Origin: Squalus acanthias | Taxonomy: Eukaryota | DNA: 64,000 nucleotides | Direction of reading: 5' to 3' | Assembly: GCA_030390025.1 (NCBI GenBank) | Contig: CM059426.1 | Location: forward strand, 5,394,001-5,458,000 | Shown: positions 37,430-50,309 of the stretch, in pieces | Numbering within the stretch: position 1 is the stretch's first letter | How the letters are laid out: every line of letters starts with the position of its first letter | The notes under the pieces: generated by a model | Databases searched by the model: none | What the model saw: the letters and a program-made list of their open reading frames with translations, nothing else | Told to the model about the DNA's origin: nothing | Position numbers and translations under genes: made by a program

Positions 37430-37815
37430 TCATTGAATCTCATTGAAACGTATAAAATTCTGACAGGGCTAGACAGACTGGATGCAGGGAGGATGTTTCC
37501 CCTGGCTGGGGGGGTCGAGAACGAGGGGTCACAGTCTCAGGTTACAGGGTAGGACATTTAGGACTGAGATGAGGAGGAATTTCTTCACTCAGAGGGTGGT
37601 GAACCTGTGGAATTCTCTACCACAGAAGGCTGTGGAGGCCAAGTCACTGAATATATTTAAGAAGGAGATAGATTTCTAGACATGAAAGGCATAAGGGGTA
37701 TGGGGAGAGAGCGGGAATATGGTATTGAGATAGAGGATCAGCCATGATCATATTGAATGGCGGAGCAGGCTCGAAGGGCCGAATGGCCTACTCCTGCTCC
37801 TATTTTTCTATGTTT
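37430..37815 (+). mobile_element. CR1 3' end
   Basis: RTRGHSLRLQG...RTEMRRNFFTQRVVNLWNSLP plus 3'UTR. Confidence 0.9.
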
Positions 37816-38322
37816 CTGCAAATTACTATTTACTGTTATAATGCTGAGGTGGAGGGAATTTTTCATATTATTCCACACATCCACAGCAGCTTTAGCTTGC
37901 CTAAAATTGAATCGGATAAGGTACTGCTTGCAACATGATACTGATCATTGCTACTAGTTCCTGTAATAATCAGTCAAGCCCTGTTCACAATTACGTGCAG
38001 TCTCAGACATTCTCTTCTGGTTCCAAATATCACCCCGCCCAACTTTCTTTCCAAATAATTAGTTCCAGGTTCGATCAGGTGTTGCAGATATACATTTCTG
38101 AAAGCTGACGTCATTTTTTCAAGCGCCGAGTGTCACTTTGACTTGTAATCGGAAGGAGTGCCTGCTCAGGAGATCCCATTCATGGTACTGGCCAGCCAGC
38201 CTATTGAGTTACATTCATTGAGTAATACCTTCTGATGGTGCAAAAAAAATCAACCGTCAATTATGATTTGTAATAACTGCTTTTAATATTTACAACAATT
38301 CCAGAAGGAATCATTTTGTGTT

Positions 38323-38760
38323 CAGCTGTGGCTCAGTGGGTAGCACACTCGCCTCTGAGTCAGAAGGTTGTGGGTTCAAGTCCCACTCCAGGGACTTGAG
38401 CACATAAAGCTAGGCTGACACTCCAGTGCAGTGCTGAGGGAGTGCTGCACTGTCGGAGGTGCCGCCTTTCGGATGAGACTTTAAACCGAGGCCCCCGTCT
38501 GCTCTCTCAGGTGGATGTAAAAGATCCCATGGCGCTATTTCGAAGAAGAGCAGGGGATGTTCTCCCCGGTGTCCTGGCCAATATTGATCACTAAAACAGA
38601 TTATCTGGTCATTATTGCATTGCTGTTTGTGGGAGCTTGCTGTGCGCAAATTGGCTGCCACGTTTCCTACATTACAACACTTCAAAAAATACTTCATTGG
38701 CTGTACAGCGCTTTGGGACGTCCGGTGGTTGTGAAATGTACTATATAAATGCAAGTCTTT
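38323..38760 (+). mobile_element. tRNA-derived Deu-domain SINE (SacSINE1-like), full length
   Basis: Pol III A box (TGGCTCAGTGG) and B box (GGTTCAAGTCC), central GAGGTGCCG..TTTCGGATGAGAC.TTAAACCGAGG...AAAGATCCCATGGC Deu-like core, and an L2-like tail. Confidence 0.85.
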
Positions 38761-38799
38761 TGGCTTCAAACGCTGGATCACTGTACACTTCAAAATGTT

Positions 38800-39240
38800 T
38801 TGAGTTAGTTGGGCCTATACTCATTGGAATTTAGAAGAATGAGCGGTGATCTTATTGAAACATATAAGATACTGAGGGGGCTCGACAAGGTAGTTGCAGA
38901 GAGGATGTTTCCCCTCGTGGGGAAATCTAGAACTCGGGGGCATAGTTTCAGAATAAAGGGTCGCCCTTTTAGAACTGAGATGAGGAAGAATTTCTTCTCT
39001 CAGAGGGTCGTAAATCTGTGGAATTCTCTGCCCCAGAGAGCCCTGGAGGCTGGGTCATTAAATACATTTAAGGTGGAGATAGACAGATTTTTGCAAGATA
39101 AGGGAGTGAAGGGTTATGGGGAGCGGGCAGGGAAGTGGGGTTGAGGCCAAGATCAGATCAGCCATGATCTTATTGAATGGCGGAGCAGGCTCGAGGGGCC
39201 AAGTGGCCTACTCCTGCTCCTATTTCTTATGTTCTTATGT
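38800..39240 (+). mobile_element. CR1 3' end
   Basis: GLYSLEFRRM.GDLIETYKIL...GYGERAGKW with a TTCTTATG tail. Confidence 0.92.
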
Positions 39241-39947
39241 ACCAGACGTTTTTGAAGGGTGAACTATATTTCCTGGGGGGGGTCTGGGGCATGTTCCAAA
39301 AAAAGCTAAATCCACCACGGCAAAGACTGCACTTTGTGCATTTTAGGTTTCTCGCTGTAATACAACTGGTGGAATATTGAGTACAACTGCAACTCAACTT
39401 GTAACGCGTTTATGTCTCACTGCACTCCCGTTGTAACTACTTTGTGTACATCATACAGGAGGCCATTGGGTTTCAGTTTACACAGAAAAATAATTGCAGA
39501 ATGTGGTCACAAAGCACTAATCAAAATCCTGGGAATCCATGGTAAGAAAAAGGCATTTAACTACAGTTCCACATTGTGTTTTGAGTTCTCAGCTTTTTAG
39601 GGCTATTTGAAAGCTGGTTTTTGTCAGCTTTTCCACGTACGGATGCTCCTTCTTCTGACGGCAAGAAGGCACTCCTTCCAATTACAAGTCAAAGTGACAC
39701 TCTGCTGAGGTGGCAACAACAGCACAGAAAACTTCCCTTCTGATATTATGTGAAGTCGGGGTGGGAGGAGGCTCGTGTGGAGCACAAACACCGGCATGGA
39801 TCTGCTGGGTCAGACGGCCTGTTCCTGTGCTGTAAACACTTCGTAGTGCTCCGCAGCCACAAGGTCTTCGACGAACAGAGGAAACAGCTAGGGTCAAGCA
39901 CAGACGTTGCAATAAGAGCGACAAATACCATTTAGTTGTGTCACAAT

Positions 39948-40770
39948 GGGGGTAATTTTACCCCCCCCTCACCTCAGAAGGGCGGGACAGTGTTTGGTTG
40001 AGTGGGGGGGGGGGCTTAAATTGTTAAAAATGGGAAACCTGACCCCAACCCGCTGCAAACGTGCCTACTTCTGGTTGAACCGGGGCGGGTTTGGGGGTTG
40101 GCCGAGTAACCTGCGCTGGAGAGGTAGGGCAGTGATTATAATATTTAAATCAGGCTCCGTGCCTCACATTTTATCGGCGATTTCGATTTAACGGCTGAGG
40201 GCCAGGTTTCCCAGGGCTCGGGAAACCCGCCAGCTAAAGGGAGGTGGAAGCTGCCAGATCCAGCGGGTAAGTGCTTTTCCACCACTGCTTTTGGACCAGG
40301 AGGAGCAGGTGTACTCCCCCCCCCCACACCCCCATCCCCCCATCCCCCCCGGCCCCTCAAGCAAACCTGCTGCTTTCTGCCTCCCTTCCGGTGATCTCCC
40401 CCCACCCCCCCGCGATCTCTAGGAATATCCCCCCCTCCGACCCCCCCGGCGATCTGATCTCCCTCCATCCTCTCTGCCGTGCTCCCAGAACCCCCCACTC
40501 CCGCCATGACCCCCCTCAGCCCCCATCCCCCACCCCCCACCGACCAAACGTCTTCTCAATTGCCGGGGACCATCCCTAGCGGTTCCTGGCTGACGTCTTG
40601 TAGCACAGGCTATCCCATTTGGCGGCCACCCAGCCTCTCAATCTGGCTGGCTGTCAGGCAGGAAACAGAGTAAAACAAATTCTAATGAGGTCCAGCCATT
40701 AAATTTGGCAGGACCTCCACATTCCTGGGTTACCCAGCCACTGACGGGCGTCCCCGCAAATATCGGGGCC
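39948..40770. mobile_element. MITE family C (Harbinger-like) with C-rich core
   Basis: Termini GGGGGTAATTTT / AAATATCGGGGCC with TSD AAT/AAT. Confidence 0.7.
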
Positions 40771-40793
40771 AATATTGGTGTCCTTTGAAGAAG

Positions 40794-41103
40794 TCACAGA
40801 ATCACAGAATCCCCACAATGCAGATAGAGGCCATTTCGGCCCATCGAGCCTGCACCGACACATATCCCACCCTATCCCCGTAACCCATCCCCCCTAACAC
40901 TAAGGGTCAATTTATCATAGCCAAATCAACCTAACCCGCACATCTTTGGACTGTGGGAGGAAACCGGAGCACCCGGAGGAAACCCACGCAGACACGGGGA
41001 GAATGTGCAAACTCCACACAGACAGTCACCCGAGGCCAGATTCGAACCCGGGCCCCTGGCGCTGTGAGGTAACAGTGCTAACCACTATGCCACCGTGTTG
41101 CCC
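40794..41103 (-). mobile_element. HE1-like V-SINE
   Basis: tRNA-like head on the minus strand (GGTTCGAATC B box), V-domain TGTGTGGAGTTTGCACATTCTCCCCGTGTCTGCGTGGGTTTCCTCCGGGTGCTCCGGTTTCCTCCCAC, and a CR1-like (TTCTGTGA)n tail. Confidence 0.9.
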
Positions 41104-41628
41104 TCACATGTCAGTTGAGCAGATCAACCCCGCGAGCCCAGCCTCTAAGTGAAGGTTCTAGAAACATGGAGCGTCTCTGTGCAGCATTCTACTAAACAAC
41201 ACAGCGATATTTAAATCCCCACTGGTCTCAGACAATTAATCAAATTACAGGTGGCTATAGGATAGTGTGAGGGGGGCGGGGGGGGGGGGTCTCGTGAATT
41301 CCCCGCCTATCCAGAGACAAAGATAAAATCTAAAGTAATGGAATTTTTGTAGCCTCACACTAAAGCCCTGTGGACAATTGGTCTTTGAGATTTCCTTTAT
41401 ATGACTAGGTTACTCATTGACAGAAAACGTCTACTGAACCCAGAAATCATTAAATCAGGAATGTCACCGAATGCCTTGAACTTTCATGTAGAGAGCAGAT
41501 AAACAAGCTGGTATTCTGGTTCTCCTGTCATTGCATGTCACTCCAGCACAAGTCCTGCTCACTTTAAACTTTTTTGAAAAATTGTACAAAAGGAATCTGT
41601 ATTCAGCTTTTTACCATATGTGTCTGTG

Positions 41629-42080
41629 TCAGCTGTGGCTCAGTGGGTAGCACTCTCGCCTCTGAGTCAGAAGGTTGTGGGTTCAAGTTCCACTCCAGGG
41701 ATTTGAGCACATAAAGCTAGGCTGACACTCCAGTGCAGTGCTGAGGGAGTGCTGCACTGTCAGGAGGTGCTGTCTTTTGGATGAGATGTTAAACCAAGGC
41801 TCCGTCTGCTCTCTCAGGTGGACGTAAAAGATCCCATGGCACTATTTCGAAGAAGAGCAGGGCAGTTATCCCCGGTGTCCTGGCCAATATTTATCCCTTA
41901 ACCAACATAACAAAAAAAACAGATTATCTGGTCATTATCACATTGCTGTTTGTGGGAGTTTGCTGTGTGCAAATTGGCTGCTGACAACAGTGACTCTGCT
42001 TCAAAAAGTACTTCATTGGCTGTAAAGCGCTTTGAGACGTCCGGTGGTCGTGAAAGGTGCTATATAAATGCAAGTCTTTC
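41629..42080 (+). mobile_element. Deu-domain SINE, full length
   Basis: Near copy of 38323-38760. Confidence 0.88.
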
Positions 42081-43820
42081 ATATATATTAATGACTTGGA
42101 TGAAGGAATAGAGAGTTGTTTATCCAAGTTTGCAGTTAACACTAAGTTAGGAGGCACAGTAAGTTGTGTGGATGGGAGAAGAAAATTACAAAGGGACCTG
42201 GACAGAGTGAGTGAGAAAAACTATGGCAGCTGGAGGTCAAGCTGGGGAAATACAAATCCCCAGGGCCTGATAATCTACATCCTAGGGTACTTAAGGAAGT
42301 GGCCCTAGAAATAGTAGATGCATTGCTGATCATCTTCCAACATTCGATGGAATCTGGAACAGTACCCATGGATTGGAGGGTAGCTAATGTTACCCCACTA
42401 TTCAAAAAGGGTGGTAGAGAGAAAACGGGGAATTACAGCCGGACATCGGTAGTGGGGAAAATGCTAGAGTCCATTATAAAAGATGTAATAGCTGAGCACT
42501 TGGAAAACAGTGACAGGATCGGACAAAGTCAACATGGATTTACAAAAGGTAAATCATGCTTGACTAATCTACTGGAATTTTTTGAGGATGTAACTGGTAA
42601 AATAGATAAGGGAGAACCAATGGATGTGGTGTATTTGGACTTCCAAAAGGCTTTTGATAAGGTCCCGCATAAGAGATTACCGTGTAAAGTTAAGGCACAT
42701 GGGATTGGGGGCAAGGTATTGACTTGGATAGAGAACTGGTTGGCAGACAGAAAGCAAAGAGTTGGAATAAACGGGTCTTTTTCCGAGTGGCAGGCAGTGA
42801 CTAGTGGGGTACCACAGGGATCGGTCCTTGGACCCCAGCTATTCACAATATATATTAATGATCTAGACAAGGGAACTAGATGTAATATCTCCAAGTTTGC
42901 AGATGACACAAAACTGGGTGGGCGTGTGTGCTGCGAGGAGGATGCCGAGAAACTCCAGAATGATTTGGACAGGTTGGGTGATTGGGCAGAAGCGTGGCAG
43001 ATGCAATATAACATGGATAAATGCGAGGTTATCCACTTTGGTGTCAAAAACAGAAAGGCAGTGATTATCCGAATGGCAATAGATTGGGAGAAGGGGAAGT
43101 GCAACGAGACCTGGGTGTCCTTGTGCACCAGTCACTGAAGGTAAGCATGCAGGTGCAGCAGGCGGTGAAGAAGGCAAATGGTATGTTGGCCTTCATAGCG
43201 AGAGGGTTTGAGTACAGGAACAAGGATGTCTTGCTGCAGTTGTACAGGGCCTTGGTGAGACCACACCTTGAGTACTGTGTGCAGTTTTGGTCGCCTTATC
43301 TGAGGAAGGATGTTCTTGCCATGGAAGGAGTTCGGCGAAGATTCACAAGGCTGATACCTGGGATGGCAGTAATGACGTATGAAGAGAGATTGGGTCGATT
43401 GGGCTTATACTCGCTGGAGTTTAGAAGAATGAGAGGGGATCTCATTGAAAGTTATAAAATTCTGACAGGACAGGACAGGACAAACTAGATGCAGGAAGGA
43501 TGTTCCCGATGGTCGGGGAGTCCAGAACCAGGGGTCACAGTCTAAGGATAAGGGGTAAGCCATTTAGGACTGAGATGAGGAGGAATTTCTTCACCCAGAG
43601 AGTGGTGAACCTGTGGAATTCTCTATCACAGAAGGCAGTAGAGGCCAATTCATTAAATAGATTCAAGAAGGAGTTGGATGTATTTCTTAAGGCTAAAGGG
43701 ATATGGGGAGAAAGCAGCGACAGGGTACTGAATTTGGATGATCAGCCATGATCGCATTGAATGGCGGAGCAGGCTAGAGGGGCCGAATGGCCTACTCCTG
43801 CTCCTATCTTCTATGATTCT
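42081..43820 (+). mobile_element. CR1 RT/3' fragment (same young subfamily as 29070-32780 and 52598-54290)
   Basis: Shared diagnostic peptides IIKDVIAEHLENSDRIGQSQHGF and RVCCEEDAEKLQ. Confidence 0.93.
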
Positions 43821-43997
43821 ATGAGAAGGTGGTGGTGAGCCGCCTTCCTGAACCGCTGCAGTCCGTGTGGTGAAGGTACTCCCACAGTGCTGTTAGGGAG
43901 GGAGTTCCAGGATTTTGACCATGCAGGATCGGCGATATATTTCCAAGTCAGGATGGTGTGTGACTTGGAGGGGAACTTGGAGGTGGTGGTGTTAGTC

Positions 43998-44350
43998 TCA
44001 GTGTGACACACTCTGGCCCCAGCATGACCCTCAGTGCGATGCGCTCTGGCCTGTCAGTGATCCTCAGTGCGATGCGCTCTGGCCTGTCATTGATCCTCAG
44101 TGCGATGCGCTCTGGCCTGTCAGTGATCCTCAGTGCGATGCGCTCTGGCCTGTCATTGATCCTCAGTGCGATGCGCTCTGGCCTGTCAGTGATCCTCAGT
44201 GCGATGCGCTCTGGCCTGTCAGTGATCCTCAGTGCGATGCGCTCTGCCCTGTCAGTGATCCTCAGTGCGATGCGCTCTGGCCTGTCATTGATCCTCAGTG
44301 CGATGCGCTCTGGCTTGTCAGAGATCCTTGGGGCGACGCACTCCGGCCTC
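43998..44350. repeat. 33-bp minisatellite, 9 near-perfect units plus degenerate flanking units
   Basis: Unit TCAGTGCGATGCGCTCTGGCCTGTCA(G/T)TGATCC, starting at 44031 with a 33-nt period. Confidence 0.97.
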
Positions 44351-44724
44351 TTGCAATACCTTCCCAGGCTGGTCATGGCTTACTCATCGAGGGGTCATTG
44401 AGAGTGAGCTCCTGGCGTGTAATCTGTCAGTGATTGGGAGCTTACAGTTTTGGATGGAATATCCAGGACTGCTTAAAAGGGAAGTGTATCTTTGGTCCAG
44501 AAATGTTTTGTAACACTTGTACAACATTGCATTGTAGCTGCAGAACACTGTAGCTGTGCCAGAACACCAAGATTTCCTGAAGCAGCAATTATCCTGGTAG
44601 AAATAGGGCACAGGACGGTTCCGAGTTCAATACTTCAGGCACCCATCCCACAGGATTGGCATCCAGAGTGCTTAGTGGTACTCCATGCTAATGCTATGCC
44701 AGCCATTCAGAAGACCCAACAGCA

Positions 44725-45170
44725 TCAGCTGTGGCTCAGTTGGTCGCACACGCGCCCCTGAGTCAGAAGGTTGTGGGTTCAAGTCCCACTCCAGGGACTT
44801 GCACACATAAAGCTAGGCTGACACTCCAGTGCGGTGCTGAGGGAGTGCTGCACTGTCGGAGGTGCCGTCTTTCAGATGAGCCATTAAACCGAGGCCCCGT
44901 CTGCCCTCTCAGGTGGATGTAAAAGATCCCAAGGCACCATTTCGAAGCCGAGCAGAGGAGTTCTCCCTGGTGTCCTGGCCAATATTTCTCCCTCAACCAA
45001 CATAACAAAAACAGATGATCTGGTCATTTTCACATGGCTGTTTGTGGGAGCTTGCTGTGCGCAAATTGGCTGCCGCGTTTCCCACATTACAAAAGTACTT
45101 CATTGGCAGTAAAGCGCCTTGAGACGTCCGATGATCATGAAAGGCGCTGTATAAATGCAGGCCTTTCTTT
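44725..45170 (+). mobile_element. Deu-domain SINE, full length
   Basis: Same family as 38323. Partial copies lie at ~5415-5560(-), 14130-14245(+), 49228-49395(+), 58265-58555(-), 60065-60360(+) and 62880-63225(-). Confidence 0.88.
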
Positions 45171-45879
45171 CTTTCTAACTTCAAATGCAAAAGAAAACTG
45201 CAGATCTGACAATATAATCCAAGGTGAAGGTACCTACCATTACCACATAGTAAATAGATGAGCAAAGCATGTGTCCTTCCACTAAGACTACCTTACAGCT
45301 CTTTGAATGCTTACCGTGTATTCACTCACGGGTTATTTGCAGCTGTAACTTTTATCTGATATTCTTGATATTCTTGATATTAAGATATTAAAACCTTAAA
45401 AGTGCGACACCCAAAGAATCCTTCTAACGAAGTCTGGTGGTGTGATGCTTGTACTCACACCCAAAATGGCCTGCAGGATGGTCACTTGAGTATCGATGTA
45501 TGTGCTTCTGACACTTGCAACATCTCAACACCGCTTCTCTATTTGTAGGACAATGTCGGAACATAAGGGCAAGGTAGAAGGGCCCCTGCAACATCAGTCC
45601 CTTCAGTGCATGTTGGAAATCAGGGTCATGGACTGCACAAAAATAGTAAGGAGGATAAAGTCAGAGGCCTCCCCAAACTCGAGTCCAGTACCATCCTTCT
45701 CATCTTCCCCTACTCACTTATTCTTCACCCCCAGGCAAATACTAAAACACACAATTTTGTACAGTAAATGTCATATAAGTGACATTTAAATAGCTGTCCA
45801 TTCTAGCGTATGTTCACCTCCTGTTTCTGTAGGTGCCCCTGTAAGAGAATTTGAATCTGACACCAGATATGGTTGCAAC

Positions 45880-46043
45880 CAATGTTCTCTGTAATTTTTT
45901 TTTTGGTGCGTGGGCCCTTTAACTGGCTGCGCAGCCCATTCAATTTTTCGCGCATACACGGTTATTTACGTTGAGAAGTCAGTTAGTGGCCTGTGTGGGA
46001 CCTCCAGACCGCTGCAAGGCTGCGCAGCTTAGTGGGAACATTG
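45880..46043. mobile_element. Short hAT-like MITE
   Basis: TIR CAATGTTC...GAACATTG, with 8-bp flanks GTTGCAAC/ACTGCGAC matching at 5 of 8 positions. A related fragment lies at ~56330-56405. Confidence 0.6.
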
Positions 46044-47824
46044 ACTGCGACGTAATCCTTTTATTGTCTCTAAGCAGTAGTCATACAGAGAAATAAACGC
46101 AATTACCCCGTTTTTCTCCTTGATAGAGAGGTAACCTTCAGCGAACCGTTCCTTCTGGTCTCTCTCTACAAATTGTGAAGGAAAGCTCAAGATTTTTATC
46201 GGCTTCTAGTCACCCACACTGCCCTAGATGATTCATTATGGCACGACAAGTGTCACTGTGAACAAGACCCCCAGAAATTAGGTGGTTCCTAAAAAAATTT
46301 CAGATGGCCAATCTGTTCACCATCTAACATGCAACTAATCATCTTAGCCCCATTGTCCAGTTCCTTATCTCAAGATTATCTTGGCTATCTTGTTTCACAA
46401 TGTGGTGACAAAAAGATATCAATAGCACGAATCACACATCCTACACCTCGGCAGAAGCTAAATAGCACAGTCAGCTAAATTGTACCCTGATACATCAAAC
46501 CCGAAAGCATCCTGGGAATGAGCAATTTAACCATTTCATTATTTCTATCTACAATACAAATCCACAAGCCATCCACAAGTTAAAAAGAAAGCAAAAACCT
46601 TAATCATATGAGATTAAACCGAATACTAATCCTACACATACATGTATACACGAATAGGGTACCTTACAGTCCGCCCCTTACCCTCAAAAGAACCAGCCAT
46701 AGCTCCCAAAACCATAGAAGAAACCAGCAACTCTCAGCACCTTACCTCAGACACTTCAGTTGTTGCAAACCAGCACAAGTACATCCACCCCAGAGGACTT
46801 AGATGGCGAAGTTGAGTAGGGAACACCAGGTGTAGCACTGAGCTTGAGTGAGGAGGAGCAAATGGACCGACAGGATTCTGTCAGCTGGACAGCCAGCTTG
46901 TACCATTCCTCACCTGCCGAGCCGAGAGACAGGGACCTCATTAGGGTCTGCGTATAAAAGGCTGATACCATCTGAGCACCAACATTTTATGTTGTCATTT
47001 GAGGAAGAAAAGTCACATCCAGCCTCTCATCTCAAACCTCTCATCTCAAACAACAAAATGTGAGCTACAAGGTGGAATGCAGCAGCTCATCCGATGGAAC
47101 CAGTTTCAAGGTCATCTCATGAGCCAGCACAAGGAGATACAAGGAAACTTTCAATCCCAAGAGGCTCCCACTGATGCCCCATAAGCAGCCACCTCACTTA
47201 TTCCGGTCACTCAGAAAGCACCAAGAAGGATCACAAGATTAGGATGTAGGGCACACAAAATATATGCCATTACATAGAATTTACAGCCAAGAAACAGGCT
47301 ATTCAGCCCAACTGGTCTGTGCCAGTGTTTATGCTCCACCTAAGCCTCCTCCCACCCTACTTCATCTAACTCAGCTGCATACCCTTGCATTATCAAGAGG
47401 AACGTCCAGGGAAACAGCACTAAGCACATATGACCAAAGGGCAACATATTGAGTTTACTTTATTACTGCTTTGATTTTCTTTCTACTCGTGTCAGCCAAT
47501 ACTTTATTGTATCTTGTACCACATAGAGCATGAAATTGGGTCACTCTCAAAGCAAACTCCAGCATTCATTTCACATTGACTTGCCAAACAGCACTCGACT
47601 CTACCGCTTGCAGTTAAAGTAAATGTTCTAAGGGGGCAATGAGGTGTTATATAAGTGGAAGTTTGTTGGTTTGTTCTTAAAAAAATATGACTCCGTAGCT
47701 TGCAGTTATTGCTCTCTGGAGTAGAGTGAAAGTTGGTACTTTGGGGGTCACTTTACAGAGGTCACGTTACAGACCCTAGATTGATTTACTAGATTTTTTA
47801 AAAATTCATTCATGGGATGTGGGC

Positions 47825-48737
47825 AGTAAGATAAAGAAGTTTGCAGATGATACAAAAATTGGCCGTGTGGTTGATAATGAAGAAGAAAGCTGTAGACTGC
47901 AGGAAGATATCAATGGACTGGTCAGGTGGGCAGCACAGTGGCAAATGGAATTCAATCTGGAGAAGTGTGAGGTAATGCATTTGGGGAGGGCTAACAAGGC
48001 AAGGGAATACACTATAAATGGTAGGACACTGAGAAGTGCAGAAGATCAGAGGGACCTGAAGGTAGCAGGACAGGTAGATAAGGTGGTTAAGAAGGCATAC
48101 GGGATACTTGCCTTTATTAGCCGAGGCACAGAATATAAGAGCAGGGAGGTTATGCTTGAACTGTATAAAACACTAGTTAGGCCGCAGCTAGAATACTACA
48201 TGCAGTTCTGGTCATCACATTACAGGAAGGATGTGATTGCACTAGAGGGGGTGCAGAGGACATTTACGAGGATGTTTCCTGGGCTGGGCAATTTTAGCTA
48301 TGAGGTAAGATTGGATAGGCTGGGGTTGTTTTCTTTGGAACAGAGGAGGATGAGGGGAGACCTAATTGAGGTGTATAAAATTATGAGGGGCCTAGATAGA
48401 GTGGATAGGAAAGACCTATTTCCCATAGCAGAAGGGTCAATAACCAGGGGGCATAGATTTAAAGTAATTGGTCAGAGGTTTAGAGGGGATTTGAGGAGAA
48501 TTTTTCTCACCCAGAGGGTGGTGGGGGTCTGGAGATCGCTGCCTGAAAGGGTGGTAGAGGCAGAAACCCCCATCACATTTAAAAAGTACTTAGATGTGTA
48601 CTTGAAGAGCCGTAACCTACAGAGCTACGGACCAAGAGCTGGAAAGTGGGATTGGGCTGGATAGCTCTTTGTCGGCCGGCACGGACAAGTAGGCCGAATG
48701 GCCTCCTTCTGTGCTGTAAATTTCTAGGATTCTATGA
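47825..48737 (+). mobile_element. CR1 ORF2 3' fragment
   Basis: Open frame KFADDTKIG...LVRPQLEY...YGPRAGKWD with a TTCTATGA tail. Confidence 0.93.
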
Positions 48738-49674
48738 TAAGAAATCTGAGTGCAGGTGAGGAAGCAAATTTCAGCTGATTCAACCTACGGTCCCTCCCAC
48801 CACAGCTTCTAGCTGCTTCTTAAACTGGGGGTTTTGCCTCCTTGACCCCACTCAGAAGTCCTTTCCTTGTGTTGGTTGCCCTGTGCACTAAAACACTTCC
48901 AGACACCACTCCTAAATATGCCTTTTGCCAGTTTGCACCTACACCCTATCTCTTGTCGCCGTTTAGCTTTAAAAAATGCTCAGATTTACACTGCCTATGC
49001 TCCACTATCTTACAAAAACGAAATACAACGAATGCTGGAAATCTGAAATAAAAACCAGAAAATGCTGGGAATACTCAGCAGGTCAGGCAGCATCTGTGGA
49101 GAGAAACGTTAACTCTGTTTCTCTCTCTCTCCACAGATGCATTTTCTTTTTCGCTACGACGAGAGGAGCGCCGCGCGGAATCATTCCCCCCAAAAAAGGC
49201 GATCATTCCAGGTGATAATTGGGCAGCTCTGGTCATTATCACGTTGCTGTTTGTGGGAGCTTGCTGTGCGCTAATTGGCTGCCGTGTTTCCCACATCACA
49301 ACAGCGTCTGCGCTTCGAAAAGTACTTCATTAGCTGTAAAGCGCTTTGGGATGTCCAGTGGTCGTGAAAGGCGCTATATAAATGCAAGTCTTTCTTTTAG
49401 AATCACCCTGAATGAAAGGGCAGTGGGCACCTACATAGCAAGACCAAACCAAGGATGAAGCTAATCTTACTAATCTTCAGGAGAAAACACACAAGAGATA
49501 CACATACCTACACACACACACACACAAGGAAATTGTTAGAGTTAGATATTTCATCAAAGCCCAGCAGATATAGGAGAAGTGCTGGGGGTTCCCAGCACCC
49601 GGCTGACTGGTGGGGCGACACTGTGATCAGCCTCTCCCGGGACCCACCGCTCCACACAAGCTTCAGCTACTCAC

Positions 49675-49707
49675 CCAGAAGTTGTCCCTGAATCGCGACT
49701 CTCTCAT
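49675..49707 (-). CDS. PSTPIP2: PSTPIP2 coding exon 1 (MRESRFRDNFW)
   Basis: The minus strand reads ATG AGA GAG TCG CGA TTC AGG GAC AAC TTC TGG|gtgagt, a 33-nt phase-0 exon with a consensus donor. It matches the PSTPIP2 N-terminus (human MTRSLFKGNFW) and lies in a small CpG-containing unique region. Confidence 0.92.
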
Positions 49708-50110
49708 GTTGAAGTTCAAATGCGGTGCCGACCGACCCGTGCGCTAACACTGCCCCCGAAGTAAACCAGGGACTTGCTTTTTAAGGAGCCTGTCCTGTCC
49801 TGTCCTGTCAGGTTTGGGGGATATTTCTGTCTTAAAGGCGATCTTGCCGGCTTTGAGTAACAAGATTCGTTCCCTTTTCGGCAGCTTGACTCCTTGATCC
49901 AAAAAAAACCACACTTAAAAAAGGATTCCTCTGGGTCCTAGTGCCTGCTGAGACTGTTCAACCGAGTGAGAAGAACACAGTGGAGTGTCACTGACCCACG
50001 TGATATTTTTTTTATAAGTTGGGAAATTTTCTGTTTATTAAAGCGAGGAATACCAGTGGTGAGCAATAGAATAATTTTCTATTTTAGGCAGCCAGTGTGC
50101 TAGCATTAGG
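49708..50110 (-). promoter_or_regulatory. Probable PSTPIP2 5'UTR / proximal promoter
   Basis: Repeat-free sequence directly upstream of the ATG, with locally retained CpGs. Short RUNX-like (ACCACA ~49908), NF-kB-like (GGGAAATTTT 50021) and ETS-like (GAGGAA ~50045) words are present. The TSS cannot be determined. Confidence 0.45.
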
Positions 50111-50309
50111 CACGCCCAGTTGAAGTGTCGCACCAGTTATAAATACAGAAGTTGCCTCTATTTAAACCAGCAATGTGTCTTAACCTCAATCTCAGAAAAG
50201 CACTCCTCACGTTTCCATTTATCACACCAGATATAATAAACCCACATTAGCAGAATCAGTCTCCCAACTTAGTGTCAATCACAGCCTTATTTTGGGCAAT
50301 TTTATGTTC

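Noticed and set aside
38323-38400. tRNA-like A/B boxes (also at 41629, 44725 and ~41040)
   Set aside because: These are SINE heads continuing into SINE bodies, not tRNA genes.
40145-40579. Gly-rich and Pro-rich ORFs
   Set aside because: They come from the low-complexity C-rich interior of a MITE.
43948-44401. ORFs with 11-aa repeats on both strands
   Set aside because: A by-product of the 33-bp array, with no splice or domain support.
46570-47070. Possible second Harbinger Myb-gene remnant resembling 28480-28640
   Set aside because: The similarity is too patchy to support by eye.
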